From an uncultured Gammaproteobacteria bacterium (GTDB taxonomy: Bacteria; Patescibacteriota; Microgenomatia; Levybacterales; UBA12049): a stretch of 64,000 nucleotides of DNA. Shown here one piece after another: positions 42,135-51,098 of this stretch; position 1 is the stretch's first letter; every line of letters starts with the position of its first letter. A program made the position numbers and the translations under genes. The DNA is taken from the NCBI GenBank assembly GCA_964474445.1, contig CAYYSJ010000001.1:14530-78529 (forward strand). Direction: 5' to 3'. The notes under the pieces were generated by a model. The model saw nothing but the letters and a program-made list of their open reading frames with translations. It had not been told where the DNA came from and did no database searches.

Positions 42135-42512
42135 TTACTGATTTGGTTTTGATCTTCTCCCTCGAGGAAAACCCGATTTTCTATTCTCACCTTCTAATGC
42201 ATGTCGTACCTTTTCAACAGTGGATTTTCCTCTCTTTATTCTCTTGGCTACTTCCTCTGCTGTTTCTTCTGTATGTAAATGATATTCAGAAATAAGCTGT
42301 CTTATCTCTTCACTTACTTTACGCCTTGCTCTTATCAATCCTGTTCCACGGGGTTCAAGAATACCTTTAAAATGTCTATTCATGAAGTCCCATGCTCCTT
42401 GTTGGGACATTCCTAGTAACTCTGCAATCTGCGCACTTTTAATAACCTGATCTTGATGTTGATTAAGGTATGCCTTAACAATGTCAATTTTAACTTGAGT
42501 CTCCTTTTTCAT
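42135..42512 (-). CDS. stand-alone double-HTH protein resembling a transposase N-terminal DNA-binding domain (IS630/Tc1-like); no DDE domain
   Basis: Two HTH-like segments (SAQIAELLGMSQQGAWDFMNR; TAEEVAKRIKRGKSTVEKVRHAL) and a basic tail GFPRGRRSKPNQ; 125 aa, with a 320-bp AT-rich region upstream. Confidence 0.4.
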   Translation of the reverse strand: MKKETQVKIDIVKAYLNQHQDQVIKSAQIAELLGMSQQGAWDFMNRHFKGILEPRGTGLIRARRKVSEEIRQLISEYHLHTEETAEEVAKRIKRGKSTVEKVRHALEGENRKSGFPRGRRSKPNQ

Positions 42513-42831
42513 GACCTATATTATAATAAGTTTTAGCACTCTAGTAAACGATTTTTTTTCCAAAATCGTAGTTCTTTCTACGGTAATTTATAGTAAAGGA
42601 CTCTTCCCTTATCTTAATTTTAGTAATTATTCTATGTTCAACAAGGCGATTTCCTAATAGAATCAACGTGTAAAGGTACTTCAAAATGAAATTAAAATAA
42701 AAATAAATTTACCCTAAAGTATTAAATAATTTATGTAGCTAAGAAATTTTTCTTTGAGTTAGAAATACTTTTAAGAAAATAGACCATATTTCTCACGATT
42801 AACATACGGTAAGGTTGTAGAGTGGTAGGAA

Positions 42832-43506
42832 ATGTGTGGACGATATACAGTGACAAATCCAGATGAACTTTATGAGAGGTTTGATATTAAGAACCGAGTC
42901 GAGCTTACCCCTCGGTACAATGCTGCTCCATCTCAAGAACTTCCTGTTATTGATCAACCTCATCATGTTGAGTTAATGGAATGGGGTCTTATCCCTCATT
43001 GGGCAAAAGAAGGGAAAGTAGGCTACAGCATGATTAATGCTCGTGTTGAAGGAATAGAGAAAAAACCATCATATAAGAAGCCGTTATTGTATCAGCGCTG
43101 CATTGTTCCAGCAGATGGATTTTTTGAGTGGAAACAAACGAGAGCTGGTAAGGTCCCCTACTACTTTAGACTCAAAGATGGAGAAATGTTTGGTTTTGCA
43201 GGACTCTACGATGTATGGACAGATAAAAATGGAAGAGAGCTCAAAACCTTCACCATTATAACCGGTGTTCCCAATGAAATAGTTAGTGAAGTACATAATC
43301 GAATGCCGGTTATACTTAAGGAAGAAGACGAGCGAACATGGCTTAACCCTGATATTGTCGAACCAGAAAGGCTTCTTAATCTTCTCAGACCATATCCAGA
43401 TAATGAGATGGAGGATTACATTGTTTCAAAAGCGGTAAATAGTCCAGCACATGATGATCCAGATGTTATTTCTCCTCAGGAAAGTCCATATATACCTCCG
43501 ATATAA
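42832..43506 (+). CDS. SOS-response-associated peptidase (SRAP; YedK/HMCES family)
   Basis: Starts MCGRY (the catalytic Cys2 hallmark) and has NARVE and FFEW... motifs; 224 aa. Confidence 0.85.
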   Translation: MCGRYTVTNPDELYERFDIKNRVELTPRYNAAPSQELPVIDQPHHVELMEWGLIPHWAKEGKVGYSMINARVEGIEKKPSYKKPLLYQRCIVPADGFFEWKQTRAGKVPYYFRLKDGEMFGFAGLYDVWTDKNGRELKTFTIITGVPNEIVSEVHNRMPVILKEEDERTWLNPDIVEPERLLNLLRPYPDNEMEDYIVSKAVNSPAHDDPDVISPQESPYIPPI

Positions 43507-43540
43507 AGCCAACTTAGACGTGAGAGCTTATAAAACCAAA

Positions 43541-43564
43541 AAAATCCCATTTCTGGGATTTTTT
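43541..43564. terminator. bidirectional rho-independent terminator
   Basis: A-run, 7-bp stem AATCCCA/TGGGATT with a 4-nt loop, then a T-run; lies between convergent genes 42832..43506(+) and 43664..43828(-). Confidence 0.7.
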
Positions 43565-43663
43565 GGCAATTGGGAGCTATATTCCAATTGTATTGCGTAA
43601 AATGCCGAGCAAAGGCATTTTGTCTTACCAACTCTAAGGAATTGGTAAGCCAAAGCGTCTTTA

Positions 43664-43828
43664 TTACTTAGCAAGTCGAGCTGCGTCTTCTTTACTTAAG
43701 ATTTTGAACAAATTTGTTCCATTGTAAGATGCTTTTGCTGCCATCTTACCATTTTTCATGGTAACGACAGTTACTTCACTATCTGGAACATCGACACTTT
43801 GTCTTGTTTTAACATTGTAAAACTTCAT
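43664..43828 (-). CDS. unannotated small protein (54 aa) MKFYNVKTRQSVDVPDSEVTVVTMKNGKMAAKASYNGTNLFKILSKEDAARLAK
   Basis: Not in the ORF track (under 60 aa). ATG at 43828 is preceded by a perfect AGGAGGTGA site at 5-nt spacing; translated by hand with no internal stop; terminator hairpins lie downstream; palindrome site A is 52 nt upstream. Confidence 0.45.
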   Translation of the reverse strand: MKFYNVKTRQSVDVPDSEVTVVTMKNGKMAAKASYNGTNLFKILSKEDAARLAK

Positions 43829-43880
43829 GCGATTCACCTCCTTTCAGTTTGACCTCAACATTAACCTTTGGAATATAATA

Positions 43881-43895
43881 TGCAACTTAGTTGCA
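43881..43895. promoter_or_regulatory. perfect 15-bp palindrome TGCAACTTAGTTGCA (site A), candidate operator
   Basis: Exact inverted repeat 7-1-7, 52 nt upstream of the small gene 43664..43828(-), with a TATTAT -10-like hexamer adjacent; one of three identical copies in the window. Confidence 0.6.
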
Positions 43896-43945
43896 CTTTG
43901 TCAAGAGAGGAAACAATATCTTTAAGGAAAGGTCAAAAATGAGAG

Positions 43946-45451
43946 TTATTGATTATCTGCACGTACGGTAGGTAGTTCTTTAAGGAAATTTTGATAGGCT
44001 GCTGGATCTTTACCAGTAACAGCATCAATAACTTTATATACTAGTTCATCTGATATCTTTCTCCATGCCCCTTGAGGAGGATTTTTCCCTACATTTTCTG
44101 GGTCATATTCCAGTTCACCATATTGTAGTGGATATATCATTGCTCGCAATAATTCAAAACTTGGTTTATGCACTAATGCAAGTCCAACAACGCCTAGCTT
44201 ATTATTACTATTTGGTAAACCACTATGAGTATGCACTTGAGCATAGCCTTCTGAAAGTTCAGTTCCTATAACGCTACAATCATCAGGCATTTGTATCCTT
44301 TGGATATTATTTATAAACTCTTGTCTTTTTTCTTCTGGCCATGCAAAAAGAACATTGAATAAAGGTTCTGAGTTTTCACGAACGTGAGAGGTTTCTAATC
44401 CGCTTTTCTCCCAAACATTTTGGATATACTGCATAAGTTCTTCTGATGTTTCAGGAACTTTTAACCCTTCGAATCCAAGTTTTTCAATGTATTGTTGGAT
44501 AAGCGCATTGTTTCGTTCTCCTTCGGGAATGAGATCTGTTATTGGGATATGGATTTCTTGTCTTTCCAGTTCCCCATCTTCGTTTGCTGAAGAAAGTGTT
44601 ACAGAAGGGTTTTGTATTATATCTTCATGAGATTCTGACTGTTGATCAGTATACCCTTTCAAAATAGGAGCTGGTGCTACTGTTCTTCGGGTGGGTCTAG
44701 AAATAGGAGGTGATGTTGTTTCTTGTCCCAGAATGGTAAGATAGCGAGATGATAGGGCATCTGGTTCTTGTGTTATTATTTTTTCTGCAGTTTGAACGAA
44801 GTCATCTTTTTCTGTTTGCAACTTTCTTTCAGTTTCCAGTAAATCGATGATCATATCTGCTGAATCTTTTCCAAAGATGCCTGCAACAAAGCGTATTGTT
44901 TCTTTTCCATCTGTCAGTTCATTAAATTTACCATGATAGGTCACGATCATATCCTTAAGGAATTTTTGAATTCTTGTGCTAGGATCATTTGCTTCAGGAG
45001 TTCCAAAGTAGCGATTATAGAAAGCATCAATAATTTCAGGGGTAACTTTTCTATTAGCAGCAGGAATCGCATGCTCAAGATCTACACCTAAATGATCATG
45101 CCATTTGATAAGATCTCTCACAACTTGTTCATTGTCTGGATTATTAAATGCATTTACGGTGTCTTCTCTCCATTTTTCATATTGTTTATCAAAGCTAGCA
45201 AGTGATGAGTCTTTTTGTACTTGATCGTGCCAATAATCTGCACTCTCTTTTGCAGAAGCAGTAGTGACTGCTTTGTAGGTATTTTCATGAACTCCTGTTG
45301 TGTTTTTAAGATCTTCCACATGATGTAGTGTAAGAGGTTGGTCAAAAACTCCAAGTGCTGCTCGCACTTGAAAGTGGAGTGGGCCTGTCGCAGTTTTTGG
45401 CGATTCCCGTCTTTCTGAAGCTGTTTGTTTTGCTCCTTCTGGATTTGTCAT
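43946..45451 (-). CDS. large orphan hypothetical protein (501 aa), cytoplasmic by sequence
   Basis: Uninterrupted ORF; no signal peptide or TM; no recognisable domain; palindrome site B 36 nt upstream of the start. Confidence 0.5.
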   Translation of the reverse strand: MTNPEGAKQTASERRESPKTATGPLHFQVRAALGVFDQPLTLHHVEDLKNTTGVHENTYKAVTTASAKESADYWHDQVQKDSSLASFDKQYEKWREDTVNAFNNPDNEQVVRDLIKWHDHLGVDLEHAIPAANRKVTPEIIDAFYNRYFGTPEANDPSTRIQKFLKDMIVTYHGKFNELTDGKETIRFVAGIFGKDSADMIIDLLETERKLQTEKDDFVQTAEKIITQEPDALSSRYLTILGQETTSPPISRPTRRTVAPAPILKGYTDQQSESHEDIIQNPSVTLSSANEDGELERQEIHIPITDLIPEGERNNALIQQYIEKLGFEGLKVPETSEELMQYIQNVWEKSGLETSHVRENSEPLFNVLFAWPEEKRQEFINNIQRIQMPDDCSVIGTELSEGYAQVHTHSGLPNSNNKLGVVGLALVHKPSFELLRAMIYPLQYGELEYDPENVGKNPPQGAWRKISDELVYKVIDAVTGKDPAAYQNFLKELPTVRADNQ

Positions 45452-45487
45452 ATTTATAGCCCGTAGGATATCATAAAAAAGTTAAAT

Positions 45488-45502
45488 TTGCAACTAAGTT
45501 GC
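45488..45502. promoter_or_regulatory. perfect 15-bp palindrome TGCAACTAAGTTGCA (site B) in a divergent promoter region
   Basis: Lies between 43946..45451(-) and the ClpB-like gene 45571..47523(+); a TATAAT hexamer sits downstream on the plus side. Confidence 0.6.
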
Positions 45503-45570
45503 AATAATTGTTGTTTTCTTTTATAATTACACAGCCTTATATATAAAGGTAATATAACAAATTTTATTTT

Positions 45571-47523
45571 ATGGATTTATTAACAGTTGTAACGCAGGCA
45601 GAGAGAAAAGCCGGCCAGAATGAGACAGCATTTTATGCAGAGATTGCCCTTGCAATTATCAAAGGCAATGCGCTGTATGAACTTCTTGATGGAAAGGAAA
45701 AACTTGAAGAGGAACTCTCAGCTATTGAAAAAGCTTCTGAGGCACAAACGCCACGACTTTTCAAAGGGCAAGATGTCAGTACCCTTTCCCTCCAAACCAA
45801 ACTTGCCTCGCTATGTAAAAAACAACAAAAGGTACTTTCCTGCTCTCAAGTTGATGAACATGTCCTACTGTTGGGTTGTTTAAAGGGACTGCAAGATAAG
45901 TTACCTCATACATACAATGATGTCCTCAAAGAGATCCTTTCCAAACAATTGCATAAAATTGAACAACCAAGCCATACTGCACACCTTGTTGGACGAAAAA
46001 AAGAGTTAGAGGAAATTATAAAAGTACTTAATCGAACAGAGAGAAATAGTGTGCTACTGGTTGGGCAAAGTGGTGTTGGTAAAACAACCCTTGCATTAGG
46101 TATGCAACAGAAATTACCTGAAAAAAAGATTTTACGACTATTTCCTTCAGATAATTTGTTTGACCAAGTTGTTACTATTCTTTCTTCGAGCGATAAAGAT
46201 ATATTATTTTTCCTTGATGAATTACCTTCTTTTGAAATGGGACAAATTCAGTATCTACTTGAAAATGGACAAGTAATTGCAACAGCAAATGACACTTCAT
46301 TTAAGAAGCTAGCAGGAGACTTCCCTCATATTATTAGTAAATGCGAAGTGATTGAGCTTGAAGAGCCAAGTGATGAGGACCTCAAACATATTTTGTCTGA
46401 TAAAGTACAAACTCTCCAATCACAATACAACGTTAGTTTCGAACAAGGGGTACTTGAAGAAGTTATTCAGCTTACGAAGCAATATATTCACGAACCATCC
46501 TTCCCTGCCAAAGCCCTTACTTTGCTTGAGGAAGGGGCGTTGAGTACTCAGTCTCAAAACCTGCAATTTGTCAGTAAAAATTTTCTTCGCATTCTTATTT
46601 CACAAAAAACAAATATTCCAATTGGTTCACTCACTGAATTTGAGAAAAAAGATTTAGTTAATTTACCTGTCAAATTGAAAGAAAAAGTAAAAGGACAGGA
46701 TCAGGCTGTTGAAAAAGTCGCAGCAACGATTCAGCGGTCTCGACTTGGGTTTAAAAAACCAAATAAACCAATTGGTTCATTCTTATTTGTTGGACCATCA
46801 GGAGTTGGAAAAACAGAACTTGCAAAAGCGTTGGCAAAAGAGGTATTTGGAGATGAAGAAGCAATGGTACGGCTTGATATGAGTGAGTTTGCTGAGGCAC
46901 ATATGGTACAAAGACTTATTGGATCCCCTCCTGGCTATATTGGCTATGAAGAAGGAGGACAACTGACAAATCCTGTCAAAGCAAGACCTTACACGTTGGT
47001 GCTTCTTGATGAAATTGAAAAAGCACATCCTCGTGTGTTTGATATCTTCCTGCAAGTGCTGGATGATGGAAGACTGACTGATGGACAGGGAAAAAAAGTT
47101 GATTTTCGAAACACAATCATTATTGCAACAAGTAATGCAGGTATTGAAGATATGCTTGATATGATTGAGGATGGAAAAACACATGCAGAAATGGAGACAG
47201 AAATTAAAGATATTCTTTCTGATTATTTCAGGCTTGAATTTATTAATAGATTTGATGGTCTCATCCTCTTTAATCCTCTTATCCCTTCAGCTCTTGAAGG
47301 TATTGCGCAAATTCAAATTGCCAAACTCCAAACAGAACTCCAGAAAAGAAATATTCAGCTTGCAGTTGCTCAGGAAACCATTGCAAAGCTTGCGCAAAGC
47401 GCTTACGACCCTCGATATGGTGCAAGAGGACTCCTCAGACTTTTACAAGATACTATAGAAAACAAACTTGCAGAAATGATCCTGAATAATCAGCTTCGTG
47501 AAGGCGAACGAGTGGAATTTTAA
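45571..47523 (+). CDS. ClpB/ClpC-family AAA+ ATPase, atypical (short degenerate D1, no M-domain, no ClpP-binding loop)
   Basis: D1 Walker A LLVGQSGVGKTT, but the region aligning to the ClpB arginine-finger/ERRF block reads ISKCEV. D2 is highly conserved (FLFVGPSGVGKTELAKALA...MVRLDMSEF...GYIGYEEGGQLT...LLDEIEKAHPRVFDIFLQVLDDGRLTDGQGKKVDFRNTIIIATSN); 650 aa. Confidence 0.8.
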   Translation: MDLLTVVTQAERKAGQNETAFYAEIALAIIKGNALYELLDGKEKLEEELSAIEKASEAQTPRLFKGQDVSTLSLQTKLASLCKKQQKVLSCSQVDEHVLLLGCLKGLQDKLPHTYNDVLKEILSKQLHKIEQPSHTAHLVGRKKELEEIIKVLNRTERNSVLLVGQSGVGKTTLALGMQQKLPEKKILRLFPSDNLFDQVVTILSSSDKDILFFLDELPSFEMGQIQYLLENGQVIATANDTSFKKLAGDFPHIISKCEVIELEEPSDEDLKHILSDKVQTLQSQYNVSFEQGVLEEVIQLTKQYIHEPSFPAKALTLLEEGALSTQSQNLQFVSKNFLRILISQKTNIPIGSLTEFEKKDLVNLPVKLKEKVKGQDQAVEKVAATIQRSRLGFKKPNKPIGSFLFVGPSGVGKTELAKALAKEVFGDEEAMVRLDMSEFAEAHMVQRLIGSPPGYIGYEEGGQLTNPVKARPYTLVLLDEIEKAHPRVFDIFLQVLDDGRLTDGQGKKVDFRNTIIIATSNAGIEDMLDMIEDGKTHAEMETEIKDILSDYFRLEFINRFDGLILFNPLIPSALEGIAQIQIAKLQTELQKRNIQLAVAQETIAKLAQSAYDPRYGARGLLRLLQDTIENKLAEMILNNQLREGERVEF

Positions 47524-47590
47524 CATATAACAATTTCGTTTAGATTGCTCTGTAGTACACTTTCCAACTCCCACGAGCATTGAGTTGCAT

Positions 47591-49672
47591 TTATGTGGCA
47601 AGTTGTGCATTATTTTCTACTATCCATACTTCTTCTCCAAATTTCTGACTTTTTTTGAATCGTTGTTTGGCTTCTTTTGTGGTATCTCCTGTTGCAACGA
47701 TCAGCTGGGTTACTCGTTTCCCTTCTACCTTTGTTTTTGTCCATCCAACATAAATGGCCGTTTTCAACAGAGGCTTGGCTGTTTGAAGAACGTCTTCTAA
47801 AAGTGTCGCTGTAATTTCAGGAGGAAGTTTTTTTGGTATGAGTGGTCTGACTACAAGACGAGGCTTTTTTCCTTTTTGTTTTACAGTTGCCAATACCACC
47901 TCACGAATGTGTTGTTGGGAGTCAAGCGACCCAGGAAGTGAAGCGGCAACCGAAAGATTAGAAATAGCTTGTGTTTGATTTTTTTTTGCTTTTCTCTTTA
48001 GTGCGGGATCTGAAGGGGTATTTGGTGTCGGATTATGTTGAACAACGCCTTGTTCAGATAATAAACGCTCGACATCTCCAGTTTCTTGTTTTTCCTGTTT
48101 GACTGCTTTCGTTTGACGTTTTTCTTCTGTGCGTGTTTCCTGTGTTGTTATCTGCACTGCTTGTTTTTTGCTTTCTTGAGCAATTGTCTGGACTAATACT
48201 TCCTCCGCTTCTGCTTGCTCTTGTCTTTGTTGAACAGTCTCAATAGCACGAGCAACAGCTTCACCTGTCTTTACTTTTACTGGTTCTGCAATATTTACTT
48301 CTACTGTTATTTTTTGCTCAGATCCAAATGTTTTTGGTTTTGGATCACCTTTTGGTTTCTCTCCAGGGATGCTGTTTGTTGGAATAGGTTGTCGTCCTCC
48401 CTCTTTCTCTCTTTTCGTGGGAGTAACTGGTTTTTTATCAGGTTGAGGCTCTTTTCCTTTTTCTGAAGGTACTTTTGGGAAAACTTTTGCAACAAGTGAC
48501 ACAGCTACCTTTTTTACTCTCCCTTGTTCACTATTTCCTTTTTTCTCTGCACGTACTGGGGTATCTTTTCCTGACTCTCTTGTTTTAACACCTGTTCTTT
48601 TCCCCGAGTCGGCTTCTTCTTGTTTCCGTTGTTTGTGCTGTCCTCCTTCTGGTTTGTTGACTATCCTTTTTGCAACATCTAGTATTGATCCTCCTGCTTT
48701 TGACTTACTCGGTTGTTTATCTGCAGATGAGCGAGGTGTTGAAGTACCACGTCCTTGCTTCTCACTTGATTTTCCTACAGTCGGAAGAGGCACTTTTGAT
48801 GCAAATGTATCTTTCATTTGATGAGGAAGACCTGGCAAAAGACGTACCTGAGCTTTTATGGAAGTAGCAGGGACAGGGAGAAGCGGACGTTGAGGTAGTG
48901 TAGGACTTATTGGTGGATTTGGTTTCACATTCTGTAGCTGTTCAGCTATACTTTTGAAGTTATTTGCATTCTCATTTGCATGGTTATCGCAGATTTTTTG
49001 ATAAGGACGTCCTTGATTATCAAACGCTTTTTCGACATGAAAAGCACCTGAGGTATGTCCCATTCCAAGCGTAAAATAATATAGATTTTTTTCATTCAAT
49101 GCTTTTGCTTCCTCTTGAATAGTTTTTTCTTTTTCTGCTTGTTCTGGAGTGAAGTTTCCATTTTCTCCTCGTGCTTTTATAACGGCATCATACGCCAGAG
49201 TGGCAGCGGCCCGCATCTTTGGATCTGCATCAGCAGACATAGCTGTATCTAACGATACTATGGAAGGATCTTTTAATTGAGCAAGTGTTAAAGCAAATGC
49301 TTGGGTATCAATAGGGTGGTTTTGTTGTTTTAGTTTTGTCATCTCTTCTTGCAGAGACTTAACAAACACATCTGTTAGCTCTTTTTCATGTGCCATCATC
49401 TTTTCAGAAATTTGTGGTGTATTGGGATCAGGAAGTGTTCCAACAGCTTTATCTTCGATCGCCTTTCTATAGCTTTCATCCACTTGAGGGTTATCAGGAA
49501 GAACAGCTTTTTTGGCAACAATGGTGGCAACAGCTGGCAAAGCCTCTGCGATCGTTTTCACCTCAGGACTTACTCCTCTTTCTTTCTGTAAAGCAGGTTG
49601 TGACTGAGCTTCTTTTTTCGTAACAGACGGTGGTAATGGTCTGTTTCCTCTTTCAATAACGGGTGACACCAT
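47591..49672 (-). CDS. large orphan Lys/Glu/Pro-rich protein (about 693 aa)
   Basis: Uninterrupted 2.1-kb ORF. The track start (49678) is a TTG; the first ATG is at 49670..49672, and palindrome site C begins 2 nt upstream of it. Long low-complexity K/E/P/T-rich central region. Confidence 0.5.
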   Translation of the reverse strand: MVSPVIERGNRPLPPSVTKKEAQSQPALQKERGVSPEVKTIAEALPAVATIVAKKAVLPDNPQVDESYRKAIEDKAVGTLPDPNTPQISEKMMAHEKELTDVFVKSLQEEMTKLKQQNHPIDTQAFALTLAQLKDPSIVSLDTAMSADADPKMRAAATLAYDAVIKARGENGNFTPEQAEKEKTIQEEAKALNEKNLYYFTLGMGHTSGAFHVEKAFDNQGRPYQKICDNHANENANNFKSIAEQLQNVKPNPPISPTLPQRPLLPVPATSIKAQVRLLPGLPHQMKDTFASKVPLPTVGKSSEKQGRGTSTPRSSADKQPSKSKAGGSILDVAKRIVNKPEGGQHKQRKQEEADSGKRTGVKTRESGKDTPVRAEKKGNSEQGRVKKVAVSLVAKVFPKVPSEKGKEPQPDKKPVTPTKREKEGGRQPIPTNSIPGEKPKGDPKPKTFGSEQKITVEVNIAEPVKVKTGEAVARAIETVQQRQEQAEAEEVLVQTIAQESKKQAVQITTQETRTEEKRQTKAVKQEKQETGDVERLLSEQGVVQHNPTPNTPSDPALKRKAKKNQTQAISNLSVAASLPGSLDSQQHIREVVLATVKQKGKKPRLVVRPLIPKKLPPEITATLLEDVLQTAKPLLKTAIYVGWTKTKVEGKRVTQLIVATGDTTKEAKQRFKKSQKFGEEVWIVENNAQLAT

Positions 49673-49673
49673 A

Positions 49674-49688
49674 TGCAACTAAGTTGCA
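49674..49688. promoter_or_regulatory. perfect 15-bp palindrome TGCAACTAAGTTGCA (site C) abutting the start of the 695-aa gene
   Basis: Exact copy; on the gene strand it reads TGCAACTTAGTTGCAtATG, so the ATG follows 1 nt later (leaderless configuration or an operator overlapping the TSS). Confidence 0.6.
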
Positions 49689-49821
49689 TTTTATCATATA
49701 ACAGATATTTATAGCAAGGCGACGTGCCTGGAGGGCTGAAATAGTGAAATCTGAGTGCTGTCATACATGTTTATTTCACCTATCTTTCCCTAGATCCTAA
49801 GAAGTTCATTATGTTTGAGTT

Positions 49822-50202
49822 ATGGAGCCACGAAGTGCTGCTGACTTTGCTTTTTCATTTTTTTCACACAATCGTGTTGCAGCAAATGAAACATTGTTTA
49901 CCCTGCAGAAAAAGGCAGACAGTAAGCTAAATAGCACCCCAATTTTTGGAAAAATGAGGCAAAGAAGAATAGAAGGTAAGTTAAGGGGCGTTCAAGAGCG
50001 TATTACTGAATATGAAACAGTAGAGCATGGTTTATTAACAAAAGATTACACACCTGCTATTACGATCTTAGAACGTGAAGCACAACATCTCGAACAATCA
50101 AAATCATCACTCGATGCAATAAAGCGGGTCTCACGAAGACAAGGAAGGCAAGAAGCAATTAGAATGAGAGTAATGGCACAACAACTGAGGTCATCACAAT
50201 AG
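49822..50202 (+). CDS. hypothetical protein (126 aa)
   Basis: ORF only; no motif. Confidence 0.3.
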   Translation: MEPRSAADFAFSFFSHNRVAANETLFTLQKKADSKLNSTPIFGKMRQRRIEGKLRGVQERITEYETVEHGLLTKDYTPAITILEREAQHLEQSKSSLDAIKRVSRRQGRQEAIRMRVMAQQLRSSQ

Positions 50203-50279
50203 CTGATACTAATCAATCCAACGTTTTACTCTCAAGGATGAACCCAGAACAAGCACCAATGGGAGCTTACTGCTTTTTC

Positions 50280-51005
50280 TTATAGATCTAGTTGGTTAAT
50301 AAGATCCATTCTCTTTACATTTACTTTTTTATCTCTGGTTAACATAAAAAGAATTGCTTCAACAGATTCTTGAGGAGAAAACATCCATGGTTCATGTTCT
50401 TTATATTCATTACCAGCTTTTTTGAACAAGTTTGTTTCCATACCACCTGGATAATATCCCATGACACGGATATTTCTACTGTAAAATTCCTTTGCCAACG
50501 CTTCACTAAATCCTTGTAAACCAAATTTAACAGCTGAGTATATCGTATGGTAATACCCTGCGGGGATCTCAACACCAGCAATACTGACAATATTGAGTAT
50601 TTGAGCAAAGTCCGATTTTAGCAATGAAGGCAATACTGTTCGTGTTATCAGAAGAGGGGCAAGTAAGTTAACATGTGTTAACTCAATTATTTTTTCAGAT
50701 TGAGCCTCAAGAGTGTTCCCTTCCAGCCATACCCCGGCATTATTAATAAGGACGTCTACGTTTTGTATGGTAGAAAAATGTTCTGTAATTTTTTCTGGTT
50801 TATTGAGATCACAAACAATATGTTGTACATTGATTGATGCATTAACTTCTTTAAGATGAGAAACAGTTTGTTGTACTTTTTCTTCGTTCCTTCCATGAAT
50901 GATAAGATGTGTTCCTTGTTGTGCTAATGCTGATGCAATGTGTTTTCCCAGACCGTCAGTTGCTCCGGTAATCAGTACAGTCTTGTTCGCGAGTGAAAGT
51001 GCCAT
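50280..51005 (-). CDS. short-chain dehydrogenase/reductase (SDR)
   Basis: TGATDGLGKHIA (TGxxxGxG), NNAG, and catalytic YSAVK (YxxxK). Confidence 0.8.
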   Translation of the reverse strand: MALSLANKTVLITGATDGLGKHIASALAQQGTHLIIHGRNEEKVQQTVSHLKEVNASINVQHIVCDLNKPEKITEHFSTIQNVDVLINNAGVWLEGNTLEAQSEKIIELTHVNLLAPLLITRTVLPSLLKSDFAQILNIVSIAGVEIPAGYYHTIYSAVKFGLQGFSEALAKEFYSRNIRVMGYYPGGMETNLFKKAGNEYKEHEPWMFSPQESVEAILFMLTRDKKVNVKRMDLINQLDL

Positions 51006-51098
51006 ACCATATTGTATACCACAAAAAAGAAAGAATGGTAAAGAGCTTTTTTATTAAAAATTTACATTATTTTTGCCTCTTTTTGTTGTTCCTAGAAA

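Noticed and set aside
49676-49678. TTG start for the 695-aa gene as given in the ORF track
   Set aside because: The ATG two codons downstream (49670..49672) is more plausible. The TTG codon lies inside the palindromic operator-like motif.
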